A DNA stretch of 64,000 nt from Utricularia gibba (taxonomy: Eukaryota > Plantae > Magnoliophyta): contig CM007989.1 in the NCBI GenBank assembly GCA_002189035.1, forward strand, positions 1,240,001 through 1,304,000, read 5' to 3'. Of this stretch, positions 15,805 to 29,959 are shown in pieces (position 1 is the stretch's first letter; each line of letters begins with the position of its first letter). A program made the position numbers and the translations under genes. Under the pieces are notes generated by a model. That model did no database searches. It was not told where the DNA came from and saw only the letters and a list, made by a program, of their open reading frames with translations.

Positions 15805-18611
15805 TCAAAAATCTCTCAAAACCAACAACCAATGAAGTAGTTGAAGAATTTGCCCCCTGAACTGGAGGTGTGTTGGAAGTATTGCTGCTCCCGGAGCTTC
15901 TGAATCTGGAGTTCCCTCCTTCGTTATGGCCGGAAGTGGGGGATCAACGACATCAGCCTGGCTTAGCATTGGCGGCTCTGCCACCGGTGCTGGTTCAAAC
16001 AGGAGCTTCGGTTGCACTGGCTCTATGTAATATTCAGAATCCATGTTGGCACATGAGGATCCTGGAAAAACCAGCACCATTTCAATCTATGTTTGCCAGA
16101 TTTTTTACCATGGTGGGAAGTCCTGAACTTACTAGCAAACATGTTTGCAGTTGAAGGGTAGTCTGTAACAAGGCCATCAACTTTGAGGGAAAGAAAAGTA
16201 GCAATCTCGATGTAAGGATCAGACAAGTAGTCAAATATCAAGTTCTCGAATTCGTTCTTCAAAACTCCGACGAACACTGATAAGTTAGCAGCATGGAGAG
16301 ATGCCACTGTCTTGGTGAAGTTGAAGGCGAAGTTGTCAGAAGCCACAATGACAGCGTCTCTATGCACATACACAGCTTCTGCATAGCTCTTCAACTCTTT
16401 AGAAATTTGATGAGGAACGTCGCGTATTGAATTTGTCAAGTGGAACACTCTTTGGTAACTGGGGTTCTCTTTGAACTTCATCAGCACTGAGCTGTCATCT
16501 GATTCAATGAAAACTTTTTGAGCAGTTTGCTTGTCGAGGGAGGCATTCGTTAGAGCCGTAGAAACGGCTCCCACGATGTCAAGGCCTTTGTTTGAAGCTA
16601 GAAAATCAGCATTCTGAGAAGAGGAACCAGTCAAGAATTGAAGAGAAGAAGCAAGAATTTCAAAGTTGAGTACTTTACTTGTATGTTGATGAGTACTCCA
16701 GGAACACTTCTTGTCTTGGCAAGCTCCAAGAACTGTGAAATGGTGAAAAACTTCCCCTTGTTCTTATTTGCAGGATTCCTCATAAGATTTCCTTCAAAGA
16801 AGCTCTCCATTTGTGCTGATGAAAGAAGCAAGTCTCATTTATCAGATTTCAACCTCAACCTCAGAATCTGAATCAATGAGCTTACGTTGCAAAGACTGAA
16901 TTTGCTCCCATGTTAAATCAAAGGAGAAGATTCCATCAGTAGACTGAATTTGAGGGATGTTTGTGGACAGATCCATGAAGGTAATGGCTGCTGTTGTGGT
17001 CTTGAGAAGGTCTGCTCTATCGGAGCAGAAGGCTACTCCATCTTTTGACACCTGAACAGAGCAGTCGATTATATCAGCACCATCTGCTATCGCCTTCTCG
17101 TATGCAAGATCAGTTGCTCCAGGGAAGTCTCCACTCGCTCCATTGTGTGATATTATCAATGCTGCAGGCACTGAGTTAGCTCCCATCTTCATCATCTAAA
17201 CACATGAATAGGGCCATTTCACCTGTTACCTTTAGTTGATCTTGGAGCATTCTTGTTGGCAGACAAGCACCCTGTAATGGTGAATCAAGAACATCATTTG
17301 AACTGAAGGGAAAGCATGAAATTGTGCAGAATCTCACCAATTGCTTCTGAAGCAGTTGATGGAAACTGAGACAAAAATCCATCAACTGAAAACGGGGCAT
17401 TCCCAATGAAGTTCATGTACTCTTTAGCAGGATCATAGCTGTAGTTGAAGCTAAGGAAGTTGTCATTCGCGAAGTTCGCAGCGTACACCGTTAGCCCGGC
17501 TCTGTGTGCCTCCTCCACAAGCGCCGTCGCCGGTTGCAGAAATCTAGCCTCATTCACAGGCCAGATGTAGTCTTTAGGAACGACAATTCCATCTGCAAAT
17601 GACTTGAACATGCCAAGTTCTTTAACTAGTGAGCCGTATGTCTTCTTTGTAGTTGGCTCCAGTTCAGTTTCTCCGAGGAATGTGAGCATCAGCTTCGTCT
17701 TCGATCTGCCTAACTTCAGCTTCATCCCCTTCAGGAAGCCTATCTCTGGCGAGGAAATGAACTCCGGCAACTGCTGAAGCTGCTCAAAGAGATAAGCCTC
17801 TGCACTGATTCTGTGCTCCTTGTAGAAAAGATCATACTGCAACAAACATGGGAAACATGCCCATTTATCCATCCCTCATTCAAAAACTAAGCGGAAACAG
17901 GGAGCATTGATCAAATCACCTCAATGTTCAGCCACAGTCTCGTCGGTTTCCCGTCTTTGTCTTCCAACAGGTTGAACGGCGACAACACCGGAACTCCGTC
18001 GAATACCCCAGGCCTGGTGAAAATGTTCTGGTTCACTGCAAAGTGAATCAGCAGATGGATTGCAGTTCAATGTGGGCAGCTTTTATCACACGAAATAGAA
18101 AAAAGTGGCAGATTCGACATACATGTAACGTTCTCGAAGATGAACTTAGCAGAGTAATCCAATCCAAACCAGCCATGAACAAGTCTTCCATTAACATTGT
18201 AAGCTTTTCCACCTTTCGGATCAACATCAGCAAGGTTGGTTGCGTTCTGAAGATTGATCCCAGCAACGCAGAATCCATCGTTGTCTTTGGTAAAATGCAA
18301 GTTACAGTACAGAATCGTTCCAGGGAGACTGGTGTCCAAGGCAAAGTCATAAGCTGGCTGGCTCGAATCAGGGAAAATCCCTGAGTATCCACCATTTGCC
18401 ACCACCTCTGGACGTGCCCCTGCAGCACATATCAAACCGGGAAGCTATAAAAACGTTGAACGGGGAACAAGGGAAGGAAAGATCCAATGAACGAACCAGT
18501 TAACGTCATCCATTTGGTGGGATGCTTGACAGGAGGGATTGCAGCAGCATCAATGGATTGAAGCATGAAGGAGAAGACAGAGACAAGGATCGAGGCAATC
18601 ATTTTGGCCAT
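15805..18611 (-). CDS. Glycerophosphodiester phosphodiesterase-like protein (GDPDL6/7, SHV3-like), predicted secreted and GPI-anchored
   Basis: Signal peptide, two GDPD-like domains (VANGGYSGIFPDSS; IISHNGASGDFPGATDLAY, DIIDCSVQ), Pro-rich stalk and hydrophobic tail. Nine exons in frame. Confidence 0.92.
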
Positions 18612-19219
18612 CAAACTGAGAAAGCAGAGATGATCATGAGAAATGCAGGGGAAAAAAAGAAGAAACTTAGAAGATCATACTCACATGATTGCAGGGAGGG
18701 AAGATGGTAAGATGGCTCCCTTGTCTGAAGAGAAAAATGTGAGAAGGGGAAGAGAAATGCGGGCATGGGGCAATCATCTCCCACAAATTGTTACGGATCT
18801 GTAGCGTCTCCACGCATTCACTTTTAGTTAATGTTGCAAAAAATCATTCGTAGGTTGACTTCTTCCTAAAAAACTCATGCACGAAATTTCGCAACATTTT
18901 TACCACGAAACGTATTTGCAGGCTTTGACTTATTTCAAGGTCGAATGGTGAATTTATTTATTTATTAGCTTATTGATCCCTTTTCTTTTTTTAAAAATAA
19001 TCTTATTAAAACTAAAAAAATAGTTAAAAATTAAATAAAAGTATCATAAAACCTATTTTAATTAATTTAAACGAATCATTTTAAATTCATGGCATGATTT
19101 AGATTGTATAAGATTAAGTTTAATTAGTAATACATTTAAATTATTTAAATTTAAACTAATATTAATATATCTTATTTCTAAATAAATATATATAATATAT
19201 ATTATTAAAGAGTGTTTCT

Positions 19220-19262
19220 TGTTCTTGAAGTTTTTTCTTAAAAGAAAATGTTCTGGAATCTT
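19220..19262 (+). promoter_or_regulatory. Putative heat-shock elements upstream of TIL
   Basis: gTTCttGAAg (19221-19230) and gTTCtgGAAtcTT (19250-19262) match nTTCnnGAAn repeats. TIL genes are known to be temperature-induced. Motif-level evidence only. Confidence 0.4.
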
Positions 19263-19426
19263 GGAGGTTGTTCTGGGAGAATTCGTGTGGTTGCGAATCG
19301 GCCACGTTTCTACTCCTTATCCCCAATTCAATTTCGTATCCGTGGGCTCGACGTGTGTCGGTTGCTTCTTCAGATTACATTAGTTTGCTATATATGCGGT
19401 TTCCGTAGGTTTTTTTCGCATCAGAA

Positions 19427-20204
19427 ATGGCGAAGAAAGAAATGGAAGTGGTCAAGAATCTCGATATAGAGAGGTATATGGGGAGATGGTATGAGATAGC
19501 TTCGTTTCCATCGTTTTTTCAGCCGAAGAACGGGATCGACACTCGGGCTACTTACACTCTGAATCCTGATCAGACTGTCCATGTGCTGAATGAAACTTGG
19601 ACCGATGGAAAAAGGGGTTTTATTGAGGGGACTGCTTTTAAGGCTGATCCCAAAAGCGATGAGGCTAAGCTCAAAGTGAGGTTCTACGTTCCGCCCTTTC
19701 TCCCCATCATCCCTGTCGTTGGGGATTACTGGGTTTTGTACATCGATCCTGCTTATCAGTACGCGTTGATTGGACAGCCTTCCAGGAAATATCTTTGGGT
19801 AATGCTTATTTTCTGTTGTTTATCAGTGATTGCTTGACGAAATTGACATTCTCCAACTTTGATATACTTGAAAATGCTGATGTAGAATCCTGATCCCCGC
19901 TCTTAGTAAACCTCAAAATCTATGCTTTAGACAGATAAAGGTTTACCGATGGTATGGGCGTGTTCCCTTATGTTGTGTAGCAAGGTTTATACTTAATTAT
20001 AGTGCATATCTTAATCAGATTCTGGCGAGGGAGAGCCGATTGGATGAGGAGATATACAACCAGCTGCTGGAGAAGGCGAAGGAAGAGGGATATGATGTGA
20101 AGAAGCTCCACAGAACCCAGCATTCTGAGACTCCACCAGAAAGTGAATGTGCTGCGAATGACACAAAGGGTATCTGGTGGATCAAGTCGATTTTCGGGAA
20201 GTAG
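19427..20204 (+). CDS. TIL: Temperature-induced lipocalin (exons 19427-19798 and ~20019-20204)
   Basis: RYMGRWYEIA (lipocalin SCR1), YWVLYID...YALIG, C-terminal KGIWWIKSIFGK*. Confidence 0.96.
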
Positions 20205-20867
20205 AGTTCAGTGGCTGGTGTGTGGTTCGGTTCTTATGTAACTTGCTCCCCTTGAGTTGCTCGGTTCTTTTATCTTTAAGCCGCATGTACATTATCTGTC
20301 AAAACTCTGCACTATGTGCTGGGCTGATGGTTCAAACTTCCTTTGAGGTATGCGTTTACTTGCTTCTGGAATTAGATGGAATTTTGGGAGCATCTCGTTC
20401 TGCACAAATCACACACACAAATGCATCTGAAGACGCCCCAAGCAGGAGTGCTTGAAACCCGAGGACAAACCGGCGGGTCGAACCGTTTGAAAACAGCCCC
20501 AGTAATTTCACTTGGACGATAACTAATTAATAGTTAATTTATTAAATTTATAAATACAAAAGATTCTATTAATTAATTAATAGTTATGTTAATACATGAA
20601 TAAGAGGGATTGGTACGATAATTAAATATTAAAAAAACAAAAATATAAAATCCTAGGCTTCTAACTCAAGCTTTACATTTGAGGCAGCGGCTAACGGGGC
20701 TGGCAGTCGTAAGAGCGTTCATCTCGCTGTAGTTGGGACTTGGGAGTTAGATCTCAGGCTGACGACAAATCGGGGTGATTAAGATTCCTGCACAGGCTTT
20801 TCCAGATCCCGTCATTTTGGATTCGGTTCAGGAGCTTGCTATAGAGAGAAGGGGGCAACTGATTGTG

Positions 20868-22008
20868 ATGAGAACGGAGGTGAATAGGAGGTCGGTAACC
20901 TGTTTCCGATGCTGTCTCGTGATTTTCGCAGTGTTTTCCGCTCTCTTTGTATCTGGGCCAGCGTTATTTTTCAAATTCAAGAAGGGTTTGAAATGGAAGG
21001 GGGCGTCTGGTTGTGCTCCCTGCATATGCGATTGTGCGCCGGCTGAATCCTTTTTTCAGATTGTGCCCGGTACCACATCTTGATCTTAATCTTTGTTCAA
21101 ATATTTATGGGTTCAGTGGCCTTATCGTGTTCGTAATTTTGTTTTAAGATTTCCTTGAGAATGCTTTTTGAGTTGATAATTGTTGAACATATTGTCCAAT
21201 TCTATTCTTCCTATCTGAGTGTGTCTTCTTTTGTTGATTGCCTATTAAAAAAACCATCTTTTGTTGATTGTTGTTCTCTCTGGGAAGTGGTTCTATATAG
21301 TTCATTGCCTTAGCAGTGGAAAGGTGATTGATCTATTCCGGCGTGTTGATTGATCACGGTGGTGTAATCCTTCAGATGCATTTGTGTTACATTCAATTTC
21401 TACTTCGTTTGATTTTGCCGGTTAAAAAATATGTGGTAGCTTCTCTTTTAGCTGCTTAGACAAGCGAGGGAGTGAATGAGTGAAGGCTGTGACTGAAAAA
21501 CTTACATTCCATACTTCACTATTGAACCTATTTCGGTCGTTTGATCCCTTGTTACTCTTTCTCTTCATGCAGGTCTAGCTAATCTCACGATTACAGGTAT
21601 GGGATCAGCTTCAAAATCCCTTGTTTCCCCCCTGCTTGCACACTAGTTCATCTTCATCTGTGCTTGCATCCATATGCTGAAAATTTGATTCGATGAAATG
21701 AAATAGATTGTGGGAAAGATGATCCTGACCTGAAGGAGGAAATGGAGAAGCATGTGGTGGACTTGTTATCAGAAGAGCTTAAGTTGCAGGAAACCATAGG
21801 TGAAGAACACGCCCAACATATGAATATCACTTTGGGAGAAGCGAAAAGATTGGCATCCCAGTACCAAGGGGAAGCTGAAAAATGCATCATCGCCACGGAA
21901 ACATGTGAGGGCGCAAGAGAACGAGCAGAGGCACTGATCACCAGGGAGAAGAGAGTAACTTTGTTGTGGGAACAGAGAGCCCGCCAGCTTGGCTGGGAAG
22001 GTGAGTGA
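20868..22008 (+). CDS. NKS1: DUF1068 / ELMO-family Golgi membrane protein, NKS1 (At4g30996)-like (exons 20868-21069, 21573-21596, 21707-22008)
   Basis: CLVIFAVFSALFVSGPAL, CAPCICDC, GLANLTITDCG, VDLLSEELKLQE, QYQGEAEKC, WEQRARQLGWEGE* closely follow the family pattern. Confidence 0.88.
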
Positions 22009-22625
22009 GTAGATTGCTCTCTCTTTTGTATCTAATTTAATAGTTCCCGTGGATTGCAAAATGAAAATGTCGAGCAAAAGTTGCAGAGTTGTTGAATTTT
22101 ATCATTGCACTGAACACCTTCATCATCAGAAATCTCTTCTTTCAGAATCTCAACACGCTTTTTCTCTTGAATTAGTCATTGAAAAGTGGAATTGCTTAGA
22201 AGAGTGTAACTCATCGTACTGCTGAAAACAATTTAAGCAATTTGATGCGCCAAATCTATGACTCAAAGCTCGAACAGCTAAAGACAAGTATCACAGTTTC
22301 CCTTGTAGCAACCAATTGCAAGTGGACACGAGAAAATAAAACTCCAAAAAATGGGCAGCAACATAGATTGAGGAATCTTGGCCGCTGCTAACTTCCATGC
22401 TTATTAGGCTGCAATCAGACCACGACTGGTTTGATCAAAGATAACTAGTTGCTGCTCCGGTGATGGGTGGCATTCTTCACCTGAGATAATGCGCCGCAAA
22501 CAATAAACACAAGAGATGTTAATGTTAAAGGTTCAACTTCACATGATATGCATAAACACTGAACCTTTTCTGTAACAACATTTAAATTAGTTGTTCATTA
22601 ACAGCCATTTATAAAACAACATTTG

Positions 22626-22704
22626 GGGCATCAGTTTTAAAAAGCTCGAATTTCATAGCTTCATGGATAAATAAGCATGAAATGTTAGATCTCATCACAT
22701 GCCC
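22626..22704 (-). ncRNA. snoU36a: Box C/D snoRNA, U36a/snR47-like, guiding 2'-O-methylation of an 18S rRNA adenosine
   Basis: 5-bp terminal stem GGGCA/UGCCC, box C GUGAUGA and box D CUGA. The 12-nt element CGAGCUUUUUAA is complementary to conserved 18S UUAAAAAGCUCG. The D+5 rule points to the first A of the A-run, as for human U36a. Confidence 0.88.
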
Positions 22705-22958
22705 AAAAGTACTTGTACCAAACATTCAAATCAAACACAAGAAAGCACATGACAGAGCATTGTTTCCCTTGAACTCATGCGCATCAGCAAAGAAACTGCT
22801 TATAACAATTTCCAATCAGCGCAATCTCCATACGCAACGCAAAAAGTTGGGAAACTGGAATCAAATACATGTTCAAGGCTGCTTGGAGAACATACAAAAA
22901 AACCAATATGCCCACTCAAAAGGCCTTAACTTCCAGATTCACTAGAAAAATGGATCCG

Positions 22959-23063
22959 GCATGTCCATGTACGCCTCCTAACTAAGCCGCTATGACACAT
23001 AACACTCATATGGCTACTCAAAGAGGCATTGTGTTGACAAGATACATAGGAAAAAGAGTCCGT
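22959..23063 (-). ncRNA. Candidate box H/ACA snoRNA
   Basis: Hairpin 1 (GGACUC...GAGU(AG)CC) with pocket strands UUUUUCCUA and CCUCUU, H box AUAUGA (23011-23006), hairpin 2 (GUUAUGU...ACAUGGAC), then ACA plus 3 nt. Folded by eye. Confidence 0.5.
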
Positions 23064-23260
23064 CTCTATGAAACTGATATCCCTGAAGTCACATGAATCT
23101 TAAAATCTGTAAAACCCATAAACCTCATCACAACCAAAAATCAAGGGTAAACGAATATCAGTACACATCAACCTACACAACCGGAGTTTTAAAAAAACTG
23201 AAAAGAACGAAAGAGGGAGCGCCGCCGACGGCCGTATATCAACGGCATCTCGCCACAACG

Positions 23261-23520
23261 TTATATAAAACTGTGATGACTGTGACCTGATTTAAGTTGG
23301 GCTTCTTGGCCCGGCCCATCATCATCTTTCGTTCTACAATATATTATAAATTATTCATCTGAATTAAATAATAATTTTAAACACGTCGGGTTGGAAAAAT
23401 CAAATCCGGCAACGCGTTGACTACGAAGTGACGTGTTTGAAAAGCATTGCGTCGTCACGCAATAAATAGATTTTTTTGGGTTATCGAGGAGAGGAGAGGA
23501 GAAGCCCTAATTTTCAAGAT
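23261..23520. promoter_or_regulatory. Bidirectional promoter: snoRNA host (-) / SRP receptor alpha (+)
   Basis: Site II (TCP) motifs TGGGCT 23298-23303 and GGCCCGGCCCA 23308-23318, TATA on the minus strand, and a telo-box-like AAGCCCTAA at ~23502. Confidence 0.55.
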
Positions 23521-23778
23521 CGTTCTTGGGAATTCGATTCTTGCTGGGTTTTGGAGGAAGAGAAGGTAAGCGATTTTCCGATTGAGCATTTTGGAATGGG
23601 ATCTGTAGATATATTTCGGTTCATTGAAACTTCATTTTCGAATTTCTGTATCTAGGTTCTTCCTGATTATGGAAAGTTGGAATGAAATGGTTCTTCCTGA
23701 GCTGAATAATTGATTTTTTTCTTGAATTTGGATACTTGCTGCAGGTTTTTTTAATAGGGTATAGAGCTGATCGTAAAA

Positions 23779-26448
23779 ATGCTAGAGCAATTACTCATAT
23801 TCACACGAGGTGGTCTGATCCTCTGGACTTGCAAGGAACTTGGAAATGCTCTTAAGGGCTCGCCGATTGATACTCTGATCAGGTCTTGCCTTTTGGAGGA
23901 AAGGTTGGGTTCATCCTCGTATCAGTATGATGCCCCGGTGCATCGTATACGCTGAAATGGACATTTCACAACGAGCTCAGCCTCGTATTTGTCGCAGTTT
24001 ACCAGAGGATTCTCCATCTGCTTTATGTTGATGATTTGCTGTCCATGGTTAAGAAAGAGTTCGCAGAGATATATGATGAAAAGAGAACTGTGTACAGTGA
24101 CTTTGATCTCATATTTAAGCAGCTGAAGGAGGAAGCTGTGGCTCGTGCTGAGGAAATGAAGAAGTCAAAACAGGTGAGCAAGTCTGTCAATACTCAGAAT
24201 GTTAGAAGGCTTGGGCAGTCAAATAAGGGCGTTATGAAGGGAGGCAATCAAAAAAAGAGTGACGGTGAATCTGGAAACGATGATGGGCCGGACAGTGCAA
24301 AAAATACCATGCATGTAAATGGATATCTGAAAAATAGCATTGTTAGTGTGGAGAGTCAGGAAATGGTAAATGGTTTAGAGAGTAAAATAAGTAATAATGG
24401 AGCTTTTGATGTAAACAAGCTTCAGAAACTTAGGTCCAAAGCTGGAAAGAAATCTGAAACTGCTGTAAATAAGGCCTCTAAGGAGGATCCGAAGAAGACG
24501 GTTAAAAAGAACAGAGTGTGGGGTGATTCACCAAAACCAGAAAAGTTGGATTTCACTGATCCAGTGAGTGAGAATGGGGAAGATAACGTATCTGTTTTAC
24601 TGGAAGATTTTGGGGAGAGTATGATGGACGAGGAGGTTGTTAGCAGCGACAGTGAAAATGATGAGGATGATGCTGTAAATACTGCAAAGGTTGATACGAA
24701 AAGTAAAGGATGGTTCTCATCTATGTTTCAAAGGTAAATTCATGCTGCCATTGCCCATTTGGAAAGTTGTGGTCATCTGTGCTTATCCTTTGAGTTGTGC
24801 TGGGTTGTATGCTTGTGTCTAAACAATTTCTATGATGACTTAACAGTGTTCTAGATTTCTCTTTAGTTCTCACTTTCTGAATGATGGGAATGGTCACTGA
24901 CATTTTTGAAGTATTCAGTATCGCAGGAAAAGAAAATTTGGAGAAGTCTGATCTAGAACCTGCGCTGAAGGCTCTTAAGGACAAACTGATGACAAAGAAT
25001 GTGGTAAGATATTTTTTTGTTTGGTTCTTCCTAGTTGAGTTTTCTGGAACTATACTATGAGTGGTTTAGTCGTTTGAGTGCAGGCTATAGTTTTACCCCT
25101 CTGTCAACTTATGATTGTTTGAACAGGCTGAGGAGATTGCAGAAAAACTTTGCCAATCAGTTGCAGCAAGACTTGAGGGGACAAGACAGGCTTCATTTTC
25201 AAGGATTTCTTCTATAGTTCAGGTATGTGGCCTTGCTTTTCCCTGCTGGAGCAGAAAAATGAATTGGGGACCTGACCAGTATTATTGATAATACCAGTCT
25301 GCTATGGAAGATGCTCTTGTCCGCATTCTAACTCCTAAACGGTCCATCAACATTCTGAGGGATGTCCGTATTGCAAAGGAACAAGGAAGGCCATATGTTG
25401 TGGTTTTCATCGGGGTCAATGGAGTTGGGAAGTCCACCAATCTTGCTAAGGTATATTTTAGATGTCATCACTTTGATTTTTAGTAGCTGCAAAGCTTTTC
25501 TAACCTTTTCGTTATTTCTCCTGCAGGTTGCCTTCTGGCTTCAGCAACACGGTAGCAAGGTTATGATGGCTGCCTGTGACACATTCAGGTCAGGTGCTGT
25601 TGAGCAGCTGCGCACCCACTCACGTAGACTTCAGGTTTGTTTAGCAGTGTTGTATCGCATAATTCTGTAAGAGCTCAGCGTGAATAATGATCTTTGTCTT
25701 TCAGGTGCCGATATTCGAGAGGGGTTATGAGAAGGATCCCGCTATTGTCGCAGCTGAAGCCATTCAGGAAGCAAAGAGAAATGGTTCTGACGTTGTTCTG
25801 GTTGATACAGCTGGAAGGATGCAGGTTAACTTCAGCTTTTTCATTTTCGGTTCATGAAACTTTTGTCTTGACTTCTACGAGGAGAGCAATCATTGTAATT
25901 CTTCTTCTACCGTTTGTCTACTTTTCAGGATAATGAACCTCTCATGAGAGCTCTCGCGAAGCTGATCCATGTGAATAATCCGGATTTGATTCTGTTTGTC
26001 GGGGAAGCACTTGTTGGGAATGATGCAGTTGATCAGTTATCAAAGTTCAACCAGGTCGGTTTTTTTGGCCTTGGTTTCAGCTTTTTGGCATAGAAGCCCC
26101 TTCTTTATTCTCCTTCCTGATCACTGGATCATGTGACTCCAATTATGCAGAAACTCGGTGACTTCTCGCCCTCAACCAATCCTCGGTTGATAGATGGAAT
26201 TCTTCTTACCAAGTTTGACACCATCGATGACAAGGTTTGTCTGTGGTACCTTGTTATTGCTCACTTGATCCTGTTAGGCATGCGAATTACTAAGTTTTCG
26301 TGATGAATATATTGTATCTCAGGTGGGTGCAGCTCTGTCCATGGTCTATATCTCCGGTGCACCGGTGATGTTCGTTGGGTGCGGCCAGTCTTACAAGGAC
26401 TTGAAACAGCTCCATGTGAAGACCATTTCCAAGACTCTCCTCAATTAA
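23779..26448 (+). CDS. SRPRA: Signal recognition particle receptor alpha subunit; apparent frameshift at 23933-23938
   Basis: [17 protein letters not shown] longin/SRX start, [14 protein letters not shown]-loop, [33 protein letters not shown]. Nine exons traced. Confidence 0.94.
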
Positions 26449-26733
26449 AGGCTCCCCTATTGGCTCTTCCCTGTCTGTGATCTCACTACTTTACTACCAT
26501 GGAATGGATTTCCCCTGCAATAAAATCTCGAGACTTTCCAAATTGAAACAATTGTGATGTTCTTCACACACAGAATATGTGTCATCATAATATTGCCTCA
26601 TCGGGTTTTCTCATTGTGGCAGACCCCCCAAAAAAGCACGAATCCATCATGAAAAAATGAACAGTGGAGATTGCCACCATACTAAAACTGATTTTACAAC
26701 TCTCATGACATGATGGATTGTTCAGAGAAACCT

Positions 26734-29959
<3,226 letters not shown>

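Larger units (their letters stand above)
22300..23240 (-). ncRNA. Putative spliced non-coding snoRNA host transcript
   Basis: TATA box (TATATAA, 23267-23261) and site II motifs upstream, short first exon, strong acceptor tatctcAG at 22481, no long ORF, and an intron containing snoRNA-like elements. Both ends and the donor (23172 or 23181) are estimates. Confidence 0.55.
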
